Source of the DNA: Mobula hypostoma
Taxonomy: Eukaryota
Length of the DNA: 64,000 nucleotides
NCBI RefSeq assembly: GCF_963921235.1
Contig: NC_086097.1
Span: 50,718,001 to 50,782,000, forward strand
Direction of reading: 5' to 3'
The position numbers and the translations under genes are program-made. The notes below the pieces were generated by a model. The model was not told where the DNA came from, did no database searches, and saw only the letters and a program-made list of their open reading frames with translations. Below, piece by piece: positions 23,559 through 35,913 of the stretch. Every line of letters begins with the position of its first letter. The stretch's first letter is position 1.

Positions 23559-26199
23559 CCTACAAGTACATCTTTGGGTGTGAGAGGAAAATGCATGTTG
23601 TCACAGGGCAAATCTGCAAACTCCACTCTGATAGCACCCACAGTCAGGATTGAGTCCAAGTCAAACTGCTCGACTGTCTTCTATTTCATCCCTGCAGTAC
23701 ATCACTGACTGGGTCATACTTCAACCACATAGGCTATTAGTGAGACAATATCCCAAGTGCTGTGCACCGTATTTGTCCCTGTATGTAAGAAAGAGAGTTA
23801 ATGCATTGGAATCAAGTCAGCGGTTTACTAGGTTACTCTATTCCATCTACTACCAGATTAATACCTAGAATGGGTAGATTGTCTTTCAGTAAATAGGGTG
23901 TGAAATAAAAGCAAGAAATACTGGAACTACTCAACTGGTTAAACAGAATCTATAGAGTAATAGCACTAATATTTCAGATCAAAAACCTTATGACTCAAAG
24001 CATTAATACTATATTTTTCCCTTTACAAATGCTGCCTGACTTTCTGAGTATTTCTAATACTTTCTGCTTTCATGTCACATTTCTAGTATCCATGGTGTTT
24101 TGCTTTTGTATTATTGTCAAAGGGTTGGGAATAAGGAAACAAGGCTATAGTACTTGACTTTACCATATTGCAATGTATGCATGACCATGTTCAAAGTTCA
24201 AAGTACATTTATTACCATGTGAAACAAAACCTAAAAAACTTCACTCTTGAATTGAAATTGTGTATTCTAATTCCACTTTCATTTTCCCAATACATCTCTT
24301 TTTTACTCTTTTGCAAAATCATCTCTGGAGTGCCTTTCCCACTCCACCAACCAAGTAATTATCAACATGTGGGTATTGTGCTATAATGCTTAAGTTAATG
24401 GATTGGGAGTCGGAGTTGTAGACCAGCTGATCAAGAGAGAGGAATGCATCCGTGACGGTTGCGAGGAAGCTTAAATTCAAGTAATTAAATAAATCTAGCA
24501 ATTAAAAGAATATTGGTCTCAGTAGCAGTTATTATGAACTGTAGTAGATTGCTGTAGAAACAATTTAGTTCACTAATATTGTCAGAGGATGATATCTGCC
24601 ATCTTTACCCAGACTAATCTACTGCATGCATGACTCCAGGCCCATAATAATGGCTGATTCTTAGCTGTGCCAGAGTTGATAGGTAATGGAAATCCAGTAA
24701 CATCCACATATTTACTTCATCCTATGATACATCATGACAAACAACCATTGATTCTGTCAAGCTCACACTGGCTACTTAAGAACATAAGATATAGGAACAG
24801 AACTTGTTCCACTGTCTGCTCCACTATTTTGATGTGGCTGATCCATTTTTCCTCTCAGTCCTAACTTCCTAGCCTTTTCCCTGTATCCATTCATACCCTG
24901 ACTAATCAAGAATTTATCAACTTCTGCCTTAAGTATACCCAATGACTTGGCCTCCACAGCTGCCTGTTCCACAGCAAAGAATTCCAGAGATTCACCACTA
25001 TTTAGCAAAAGAAATTCCTCCTCATCTCTGTTCTGAAAGGATGCCTCTATTCTGAGGCTGTGTCCTCTGGTATTAGACTCCCCCACCATAGGAAGCATCC
25101 ACTCCACATCCAGTCTACTGAGGCCTTTCAACATTTTATAGGTTTCAATGAGGTCACCTCTCATTCTTCTGAATTCTAGTGAGTAGAGGCCCAGAGCCTC
25201 ATATGACAAGCCATTCAATCCAGGTATAATTTTTGTGAACCTCCATTGAACCCTCTCCAATGTCACACATCCTTTCTCAGATATGAGGCCCAAAACTGTT
25301 CACAATACTCCAAGAGAGGCCTCACCAGTGCTTTATAATGCCCCAACATTACATCCTTGTTTTTATATTCTAGTCCTCTTGAAATGAGCGCTAACATTGC
25401 ATTTGCAGACATCCCACTTCTCCCGGAAGTTCCGGAGTCTTCCGCATATTGATAGCAGCTCCCTGACACCCGCAATTTATATACAATATCCCGGAAATCG
25501 ATTTTTTTGAGAGTGAGCGAGCAAGAGGGAAAGAGAGAGAGACAGAGAGAGGGAGTGACAGGCGTACCAAGAGAGTGACAGAGAGAGCATCCTGATTGGT
25601 CTCTCTTTGTGCTAAGTAGACCTCTCTCTCTCTTTCATTGTCCATCAGTTCAGTTTAATGTCCTGCAGCGCCATGGCAGAGTATTCCGAAAAAAGAAAAT
25701 ATAAAATGTACGTCACCCCAGACTACACTAAAGTGTACCCCTGCCTAATAGGGGTCAAAAATAATGACAGTGTTGCTCGCTGCACTGTTTGCAACAGCGA
25801 CTTTTCTATCACCCATAGTGGGTTCAATGACTGTAAAAGACATGTTGAGGTGAGTTTAACAGGTATCATTCATTCATTAGCATAGCTAATGTTATTTAAA
25901 CTAGCTGGCTAGCTGCCAAGGAGCTACTCTATTGATGTCCACGTGAAGTGGCCAAACTCCCTGTAGACTTGCTTAAAGTTGTAATAGAATAAAAAAATGA
26001 CTCCATGATAATATAATATAATATAAGTACATATTTTATGAGGTTGAGACTGCCAGCAAAATGCTCAAATCTGCCAAGCAAGCCACATCACAGTACAAGG
26101 GAAATTTGCAAAAGAAATAGAAAAGCTATTTGTATTAGCATTTAGCTATTAGCATTGAGACTGCCAACAAAATACTCAACAAGGAATATATACATAGAA

Positions 26200-26458
26200 A
26201 GAAAGGTAGGTCGCATCTGGAGTTTCTCTGGTTAGCGGATGATTTCCCTCCACGCCTCTCTGATCTTGTGGGGAACCACGTACGAGGCAAGTTACAGCAA
26301 TGGTTTGCCATTGCCTTCTGTCGGGTGTGTTTCCAAACAGATCACCAGCTTGTAACCCAGCACAGATGGAAAGCATGCAGGGGGGGCCAGCTGACTGGAT
26401 TCGAACCTAGGACCTTGCGTCTCAAAGTCCGACGCTGATGCCACTATGCCACCAGCCG
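26200..26458 (-). mobile_element. tRNA-derived SINE with RTE/Bov-A-like body
   Basis: Minus strand has A-box TGGCATAGTGG and B-box GGTTCGAATCC, followed by gaaggcaatggcaaaccattgctgtaacttgcc. Confidence 0.7.
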
Positions 26459-26461
26459 GTT

Positions 26462-26462
26462 T

Positions 26463-26501
<39 letters not shown>
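26462..26501. repeat. (TA)n(TG)n microsatellite
   Basis: Seen directly. Confidence 0.95.
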
Positions 26502-28959
26502 TTCAATATGTGATCAAATAAATTGTTGTTTTTTTTCATAATCAAATGTCCTGTATACATACACCCTTGGAGGTTGACCTGGGGAGTGGGGGGGGGAAAT
26601 TAACCTTTAGTGAACCATGCAGGAGGACTTGCAAGCCCCTTTGCACCTCAGATTTTTAAATTTTCTTTCCATTTAGAAACAGTCTATGCTTTTATTTCTT
26701 CTAAGAATGTGTGTGCCCGTACACTTCCCAGCACAGTATTCCATCTGTCACTTCTTTGCCCATTCTCCTAATCTGTCTAAGTCCTTCTGAGCCTCCCTAC
26801 TTCCTCAAAATTACCTTCCCCTCCACCTGTCTTTATATCGTCTGAGAACTTGGTCATAAAGTCATCAATTCTTTTGTCCAAGTTATTGACATATAACATA
26901 AAAAGAATCGGTCCCAACACAGACCACTGTGGAACACCACTAGTCATCGGCAGCCAACCGGAAAAGGCTCCCTTCCTTTCCACTCTTTGTCTCTCACTGC
27001 TTTACCCATGCTAGTATCTTACCTGTAATACCATGGGCTTTTAACTTGTTAAGCAGCCTCATGTGTTGCACCTTGCAATTGTCCTCTGAAAATCCAAGTA
27101 CTCAACATCCACTGATTCTCCTTTGTCTATCCTTCTCGTTATTCCTTCAAAGAATTCCAACAGATTAGTCAGGCAAGATTTTCCCTGAGGAAACTGTGCT
27201 GGTTATGGCCTATTTTATCATGTGCCTCCCAGTACCCTGAAACCACATCCTTATCAATCGACTCCTATAATGACTAATTGGCCTATAATGTCCTTTCTTC
27301 TGCTTTTTTCCCTTCTTGAAGAGTGGAGTGACATTTGCAATTTTCCATTCCTCTAGAACCATGCCAGAATCAATTAACTGTTGAAAGATCATTGATAATG
27401 CCTCCACAATCTCTTCAGCCACTTCTTTCAGAATCCTGGGGTATATAACATTGATCCAGGTGACTTATCTACTTTCAGACCTTTCAGTTTCCCACAAACT
27501 TTCTCCCTATAAAGCCAACTTCACTCTGTTCCCTGACATTCTTGGACCTCCGGCATACCACTAGTATCTTCCACAGTGAAGAGTGATGGAAAATACTTAT
27601 TCAGTTCATCTGTCATTTCCTTGTCCCCCATTACTATCATTTTGCAGCAGTCTGTTATCTATTCTCCCCTCTCTTTTACACTTTATGTGTCTGAAAATAC
27701 TTTTGGTATCATCTTTAATATTATTGGCTAGCTTACCTTCATATTCCATCTTTACCTTCTTAATGCTTTCTTTAGCTGTCTTCTGTTGGTTTTTAAAAGC
27801 TTTCCAATCCTCTAACTTCTCACTATTTTTTGTTCTATTATATGCCCTCTCTTTGGCTTTTATGTTGGCTTTGACTTCTCCTGTCAGCCACACTTGTGTC
27901 ATCCTGCCATTAGAACACTTCTTCCTCTTTGGGATGTATATATCTTGTGCCTTCTGAATTGCTTCTGGAAATTCCAGCCATTGCTGTTCTGCCATCACCC
28001 CTGCCAGTGTTCTTTCTCCATTCAATTTTGGCCAGCTCCTCTCTCACGCTTCTGTAACCCCCTTTACTCCAATATAATACTGATACATCTGATTTTAGAT
28101 TCTCTTTCTCAAAATTTCAGGATGAATTCAATCATATTATGATCACTGGCGCCTAAGGGTTCCTTTATCTTAAGCTTTATAATCAATTCCAGTTCATTGT
28201 ACAACACCCAATCCAGAATAGCTGATCCCCTTGTGGGCTCAACCATGAGCTGCTTTAAAAACGCTTCTCACAGATATTCTAGAAATTCCCCCTTTTAGGA
28301 TCCAGCACCAACCTGATTTTTCTAATCTACCCACATATTGAAATTCCCCATGACTATCATAATATCACCCCTTTGACCACACCTTTACTATTGTTTTTGG
28401 GTCTGTATATACTGTAACTCCCATCAGAGTCTTTTTGACTCCTTGCAGTTCCTTAGTTCTACCCACAACGATTCAACACTTTCCAACCCTAAGTCATATC
28501 TTTCTACTGATTTGATTTCATTTTTTACCAATAAAGCCACACTACCCCCTCTGCCTTTCTGCCTGTCCTTTCCATACAATGTGTATCCTAGGACATCAAT
28601 CTCCCAGCTATAATCTTCTTTCAGCCATCATTCAGTAATGCCCACAATGTCATACATGTTAATCTGCAACTGTGCTATACGTTTAACTACCTTATTCTCC
28701 TGGCTAGGAATCTCACTACACAGCCTCTGCTTGTAAACCAACTACCTCACCCTCAGCTCTATAACTCTTGCTCCTATCTCCCTACCAAATTAGATTAAAC
28801 CCTCCCAAACAACTCTAGCAAACCTACCTGCAAGGACTTTGGTCCGCTTTGAGTTCAGGTGTAAGCTGTCCCTTTTGCACAGATCATACCTTCCCCAGAA
28901 GAGATACCAATGATCCAGAAATCTGAACCCCTACCGCCCGAACCAGCTGTATACAGTAT

Positions 28960-29353
28960 AGGCCTTTTCTCTTTGGACCAAAGGAGGATGAGAAGTGATT
29001 TGATAGAGGTGTACAAGATGACAAGAGGCGTAGGACAGTCAGAGACTTTTCCCAGGGTGGAATTGGCTAATATGAAAGGCTAGTCCTTGAAGGAGATTAG
29101 AGGAAATTAAAGGGAGGATGTCAGAGGTAAGGATTTTACACAGAGTGGTGGTTGTGTGTAATCCCTGCCAGGGATGGTGGTAGAAGCAGATACATTAGGA
29201 ACATTTACAAAACTCTTAGATAGGCACATGGATGGCAGCAATTAGAGCGCCATGTAGGAGGGAATGGTTAGATTGATTTTAGGGTAGTTTAAAAGGTTAG
29301 CACAACATTGTGGGCTGAATGGCCTGTACAGTGCTGTAATGTTCTATGTTCTA
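28960..29353 (+). mobile_element. CR1 3' fragment
   Basis: RRMRSDLIEVYKM motif; tail atgttctatgttcta. Confidence 0.8.
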
Positions 29354-32309
29354 CAGTGTGTACTAAAATACCATGATCAATCTTCTCCATTATCCTAATA
29401 AATTCACTTTATTTCATCAGATGCAATTTGCCTTTAACATATCAAGCACGGCACCTGATTAACCCTGGGCTTTCCAAGTGAAAGTTTATTTTGACCCTGT
29501 CAGATTAGAGACATATTGATCAAAAATATTCTCCTGTACACAATTTAGAAATTCCTTTCCTTCATTGGCCTTAGCATGCTCATTTCCCAATCTATAAATC
29601 TGACATTAAAATTTCCCATTGTTTATTCTTTTTCCATAGTATAAATTAAACAATATTAAGAGTGGCCTCTGTGTTTAAAAATTGAGTTTCAAGTATTATG
29701 TTACTACAAATAAGCTCTGCAAAATTCCTCATTTTTGACCCAACCTACATCTGTTAGTGTTGAGATGATTATCCACAACATATTCACTGTGCTACACTAT
29801 AGTGTTCAACTTTCCATGGACAGTGACCGATGTAAAGCACAGCACCTGAAAGATAATCTGGAATAGCAAACCTGACGCCTATCACCCCCTTCCTTCTGAG
29901 CTGCATGGGTTGTTCATCCAGAAATTTATCAGTTCCATTCTCCACATGGCTTTGCACAGGCTCACTTCACTCGCTTTGAGAAGTCTTACATTTCTGCCAT
30001 GTCCCACAGCTTGTAAGCATGCAGCAATTCTGCGGCAGAATCTTCAGCAAATCAGGCTTACTCTAATAGCTTATTCAAAATCATTTGATCACATTTTCAT
30101 CCCTAATTTCTTCCTCCTAATTATTCCAGTATTTTTAATTAAGACGTTCTCCTGAATGTTCACAATAAGATTTGCTAAGTTGTAATCAAGATATTGCAAG
30201 GTGTTAGCTCAGACACCAGTTAAACTTTCGCATCACTGATTTTACAGTGATATCCAATAAGACAAAAACATTTTTTCTTTTGTTTTACTACATGTTTAGT
30301 GTGATTTTAATGTATTTTTGTTTCTATTTTTCAGAAAATGTTGCTCTTTAACCATTTTATCCATATTTCAACAAGGCAGGACATTGAATATTTTGTTGCA
30401 AAAAACCCTCCAGTTTTATTGTGTCCACTACTCTGACACAATATAATCCAGGATGACTGTCTGCTGTGATCATCTTTGCGGTCAAAGAACATTTAATGTG
30501 TCAGCATGTCTTTTAGGTCTGCAGAAAAAAGCAGTACTTTACAGAAGAAACAGGCATGAATGAAGGCTTTCTTATTTTAGCCTTGGTTAATCAAGGAGCA
30601 TCATTTGAAGGCAAATGGGTCTGAGTAAATGGGTAGATTTTTTTGAGATACAATAATAGAAAGGTTTAATCAAGGTAATTTAGTTAAATGTTGGATACAG
30701 CAACATATCAGAATAGGCCAAAAATGAAGCAGAATACCTCCCCCAGAATCCAGGACTAGCACGAGACTCTTGTTGCACTTTCACTCTCCTGGAATGGAAA
30801 ACTAGTATGAAATAACAGAAGCACATCTCTAGAGAACAGAAGCAAGTCTCTCAAGACTGAAGTCCCAAATCTTACTTAATTATCTCTCACAAATGCTCTG
30901 GATTTCTTAAATTCCAGTCTCTAAGAAAGGAATCAGTCTGTAAGGAATCTGTATCACTGTCATTATACAGGATCTTACTACCATCTTTAACGTGAAGAGG
31001 CTTGCTTACTCAGAAACCTCCAGATATACTTAGCAGCCCGCGCAAGATTAGAATAGATAGAATCAAAGCAGTTGTTAATTATGCTGACAGGTAACTTAGC
31101 TCTTTAATCAAATAACAAAAGCCGTGAACCCAAACAGCTTTTTTAGTGCTGTATGTGGTAATATTAGTTGCAGTCATTTCATCATTCTTTGAAAGGAGGC
31201 GAATGGCTCGGTAATCCAAAGAAGCATCCACTGTCAACAGTTAGCCAAATAATTTACCCCTGCCATTCTGGGAATATCTAGAGGTGCAATGCACTACACC
31301 GCAAAGAAAATAGGCAAATAGAAAAAGACAAGACACATCAACAAACAAGTAATGCACAATAATACCTGGCTGTTCCAGATGATGTTACACCCATCCTGTC
31401 AGTTCCCCTCCCCCATTAGAATCTAAAAATGAATAACACAAGGAAATCTCAACAGGAATCCTTTCACCATTAATAACTTCCTCTATCTGCTTAACACTCA
31501 TGTCTTTCTGGAAGTGAGTTTTTTGAAGTATGTAGGAGACATGGCCTCTAAGATTCTGATGAGTGTATATTGTAAAATACTTCCAAGCCTGTTCATCTTG
31601 TTTTGTTTATTAGTGTTTTTATCCCATGTATATTTAGCTTTGATTGCTGTTAATAGATGACATTTGTTTCCTATTGCCACTCTCCATTTCCTGTATTATT
31701 TTCGATTGCTGTTGTACCTCAGTAAAATTCATGGCACACTAATGACAGTCAATGGAGATTTCTTTAACATTTTTTCAATGATTGGGCCAAATTTGTGCAC
31801 CACTGCTTTCTTATTATCCTCAAAAAGTGCCCAAACACATAAAAATGGAAAATTCTGTAAACTATTTTGCTTTCACTTTCCCAGTTTTGAGAAGTCTTCA
31901 GCTTGAAACTTTAATTTTATTAGGTGCTGCCTAACCTGCTACAGAGGAGTGTTGCCAACATTTTCTGATTTATTTCTGAATTCCAGCATCTTTTGTTGCC
32001 TTTTAATTGTTATGCTTTGTTTTGCTGCTTTACTACCTCACATTTTTTTGGCAAGTAAGGACAATAACATTTACAGTAACATTACTAGCTCCATATAATT
32101 ATGACTAAAACATTATCATAACTATGACTAAAATAAGACATAGGCATTTGTGCTGTCTTTAGTCATTTCCTCTCTGGAAGTCATCTGACTTATTTTTTCC
32201 CAGAATTTTAAGTCAGATATTCTTTTTTAAGAAACTGGAGCAAACTCATTGATCTTGACACCGATAAATAATTATACCCCCAAATATTAGTTAAATCCAG
32301 ACTGATGCT

Positions 32310-33035
32310 CAAACAAAGGAGCTGGTTGTGGACTACAGGAGGAATGGCTAGCCCCTATTGACATTAATAGATTTGGGGTTGAGAGGGTGAACAGCTTTAA
32401 GTTCCTCGGCATACACATCACCGAGGATCTCACGTGGTCTGTACATTTTGGCTGTGTGGTGAAAAAGGCACAACAGTGCTTCTTTCACCTCAGACAGTTG
32501 AAGAAGTTTGGTATGGGACCCCAAATCCGAAGAATATTTCTACAAGGGCATGATTGAGAGCATCCTGAGTGGCTGCATCACTGCCTGGTGTGGGAGCTGT
32601 ACTTCCCTCAATCGCAGGACTCTGCAGAGAGTGGTGCAGACAGCCCAGCGCATCTGTAGATGTGAACTTCCCACTATTCAGGGCATTTACAAAGACAGGT
32701 GTTTAAAAAGGGCCTGAAGGTCATTGGGGACCTGAGTCACCCCAACCACAAACTGTTCCAGCTGCTACCATCCGGGAAACGGTACCGCAGCATAAAAACC
32801 AGGTCCAACAGACTCCAGGACAGCTTCTTCCACCAGGTCTTATTACACCAATCAGTCTGTTTAATTCATGCTGATACAATTGTATTTCTATGTTATGTTG
32901 GCTGTCCTGGTGTACATACTATTTATTACAAATTACTATAAATTTAGACGGAGACGTAACGTAAAGATTTTTACTCATGTATGTGAAGGATGTAAGTAAT
33001 AAACTCAAAATTCAATTCAATTCAATTGAATTCAA
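32310..33035 (+). mobile_element. Rex/Babar-type LINE 3' fragment, same family as 16425-17066
   Basis: Collinear with the 16.4 kb copy; (ATTCA)n tail. Confidence 0.85.
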
Positions 33036-33099
33036 TATTTGAGATCAAGCTAACAGATTCATATTCGATATGTATAAATTCATTTAATATATTAGCTAA

Positions 33100-35245
33100 C
33101 TGAGGAATTGATGCAGCGGGCAGAGTTTCAGATTTCTGGACCATTGGGATCTCTTCTGTGGAAGGTTTGACCTGTTCAAAAAGACACAATTACATCTGAA
33201 CCCAAGGGGGATCTATATCCTTGTGGGCAGGTTTGCTTGAGCTGTTGGGAGGGTTGAAACTAATTTGGCAGGGGTAGGGAACTGGAATGATAAAGCTGAC
33301 AATGGTGCAGTTGGTATACAAGTAGATGCAGTTTGCAGTGAGACTGTGAGGAAAGACAGACAGATGATAGGACAAAATTGCAGTCAGTGAGATGAGTTGA
33401 AAAGTAACGTGCAAAACTGAGAAGGTTGAGTACAGGACTGAAGGTGCTATATTTGAATGCACACTGTATATAGAATAGAGCAGATGATGTCTTAGAACAG
33501 TTAGAGATTGGCAGGTATGACGTTGAGGGCATCACTGAGTCCTGGCTGAAAGAAAATCATAGGTGGGAGCTTAACATCCAAGGATACACATTGTGTCAAA
33601 AGGACAGGCAGGTAGGCAGAGAGAGCGCATAAACTTAATAAATATTTTGTGCTATTCTTCACTGTGGAAGATACTAGCAGTATGCCAGAAATTTAAGAAT
33701 GTCAGGGGGCAGAAGTGAGTGTGGTTGCTATTACTAAGAAGAAGATGCTTGGGAAACTGAAAGGTCCGAACTTAAATAAATCATAGAACATAGAACATAG
33801 AAGTTTACAGCACCTACAGGCCCTTCGACCCATAATGTTGTGCTGACCATGTAACCTACTCTAAAAGCTGCTTAGGATATCCCTAGCACACAGCCCTCTA
33901 TTTCTCTAAGCTCCATGTACCTATCTAACAGGCTCTTAAAAGACCCCATTGTATCCGCTTCCACTACTGCTGCCAGTAGTGCATTCCACGCACCTACCAC
34001 TCTCCGTGTGAAAAACGTACCCCTGACAACCCCTTGGTACCTATTTCCAAGCACCTTAAAATGATGCCCCATTGTGTTAGACATTTTAGCCCTGGGAAAA
34101 AGCCTCTAGCTATCCACATGATCAATGCCTCTCATCATCTTATACCCCCCTATCAGGTCACCTCTCATCCTCTGTCGCTCCAAAGAGAAAAGGCCAAGTA
34201 CACTCAACCTATTCTCATAAGGTACGCCCTCCAATCCAGGTAACATCCTTGTAAATCTCCTCTGCACTCTCTTCCAGTAGTGAGGTGGCCAGAACTGAAC
34301 ACAGTATTCCAAGTGGGTTCTGACCAAGCTGTAACATTACCTCATGGTTCTTGAACTCAATCCCACGGTTGATCATATGCGCCTTCTTAACAACACCGTC
34401 AACCTGCGCAGCAGCTTTGAGTGTCCTTTCGACACGGACCCCAAGATCTCTCAGATCCTCCACACTGCCAAGAGTCTTAACATTAATATTATATTCTGTC
34501 TTCAAATTGGACCTACCGAAATGAACCACTTCACACTTAACTGGGTTGAACTCCATCTGCCACTTCTCAGCCCAATTCTGCATCCTATTGATGTCCCGCT
34601 GTAACCTCTGACAACCCTCCACACTATCCACAACACCCACAACCTTCGTGTCAACACAAACTTACTAACCCACCCTTCTACTTCTTCATCCAGGTCATTT
34701 ATAAAAATCACAAAGAAGAGGGGTCCCAGAACAGATCCCCGTGGAACACCACTGGTCACCGACCTCCATGCAGAATACAAACCATATACAACCACCTTTT
34801 GCCTTCTGTTGGCAAGCCACCTGGACCAGATTGACTATAACTCAGGGTTCTTAAAGAGGTAGCTGAGGGGATTCTGGAGACATTAGTAACCTTTCAAGAA
34901 TCACTAGATTTTGGAATGGTTTTGGAGGACATGAAAATTGCAAATGTCACTCCACTCCTTAAGAAGGGAGAGAGGCAGAAGAAAGGAAATTATTGGCCAG
35001 CCTGTCTTCAGAGGTTGAGAGGATGTTGGAGTCATCATTAAAGATGAGATTTCGGGAGACTTGGAGGCACGTGATTTAAAAAAAGCCCACAGTTGACATG
35101 GTTTTCTTAAGGGGAAATCTTGCCTGACAAATCTGTTGGAATTCTTTAAGGAAGTAACAGGCAGTATAGACAAAGGAGAGTCAGTGGATGTTACTTGCTT
35201 GGATTTTCAGAAGGCCTGAGATAAGGTATAGCACATGAGGCTGTT
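33100..35245. mobile_element. Deleted plus-strand CR1 with a second CR1 nested on the minus strand (about 33784-34820)
   Basis: The host KSPGPD-coding sequence is split as aataaatca|...|cctggaccaga. The nested copy starts with a (tagaaca)n tail and encodes [22 protein letters not shown]. Confidence 0.85.
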
Positions 35246-35259
35246 TTACAACAGCTCCT

Positions 35260-35520
35260 AGTTGTAGTGTGTTTGATATTTCAGCAATATTTGAGCAATA
35301 TTATTTGATTAAGCATTTTTTGTTGTTTACATAATTAATTACAGGTTATATGTACAAGTATGTGAATGGCATTCATCATTATGCCACCACATCATATGTG
35401 AGTGCCTCACTGAAGAAAAACCACATAGACCCATTTCTTGTCTCCCGTGTTTTTCATTCAATCAGTTTCTGGAGTTACAAAATATAACAGTAACGACGAG
35501 GAAGATTTAAAATGAACCCA
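35260..35520 (+). mobile_element. LTR of the same family as 22678-22919, with a PBS-like remnant
   Basis: Shares aatatttgag, ttaagcatt, ttatatgta, cactgaag and ggagt.acaaaa.a.aaca; followed by gtaacgacgagga. Confidence 0.6.
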
Positions 35521-35529
35521 CTAGCCATG

Positions 35530-35910
35530 CGAGGTTGGTGAGGTCTGGCGATCAGGCATTCTGCCAGATGATCTCGACATTCTGCTGGAGGAACCACCCC
35601 ACTGTGTCCATCAAATCCTTCTGCTGCCGTGTCTGCAGGGCATTCTGTGCTGATCACTACCTGATGGACTTGTGGTCAAAGGTGTTGGTCAGGAAGAACT
35701 TTTCCACAAAGGATGGATAGCACGGCAAAGTCCAGCTGACTGGGATGTTGCCTGGCAGCAGGGCCAGACCCATCGTTTGCAACACCAGGGACAGGTAGAA
35801 CCCTGGGTACTCTGTGCCCATATATTTAGGTTCCATGCACAGCCTGATGCAGCCATACATGAAGGTGGCCATCAGGGTGGGAGGACGACAATGGGTATCT
35901 TTTTGTCCCT
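35530..35910 (-). mobile_element. L1/Tx1-like LINE ORF2 fragment
   Basis: MATFMYGCIRLCMEP...FYLSLVLQTMGL...SWTLP..SFVEKF..NTFDHKSIR resembles the Tx1-type ORF2 C-terminal region (from memory). Confidence 0.55.
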
Positions 35911-35913
35911 ATT

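Larger units (their letters stand above)
22640..23700 (-). mobile_element. V-SINE/HE1-like SINE split by two LTRs
   Basis: Minus strand of about 23600-23630 reads gtggagtttgcagatttgccctgtgac, resembling the V-SINE core. Host pieces remain at 22640-22677, 22920-22981 and 23559-23700. Confidence 0.55.
25407..26598 (+). mobile_element. Non-autonomous DNA-transposon-like insert with a BED/TTF-like zinc-finger remnant
   Basis: ORF 25658-25885 contains ARCTVCNSDFSITHSGFNDCKRH (Cx2C...H); inserted inside a CR1; termini not resolved. Confidence 0.55.
24778..28700 (-). mobile_element. CR1 LINE (EN to 3' UTR), decayed, interrupted at about 25407-26598
   Basis: ORF pieces with RRMRGDLIETYK, SGVPQWSVLGPILF, WKIANVTPLFKKG and LANNIKDDTKS. 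Confidence 0.9.

Noticed and set aside
26385..26458. Possible tRNA gene
   Set aside because: A and B boxes are present, but it runs into a SINE-like body and I cannot fold a convincing canonical cloverleaf.
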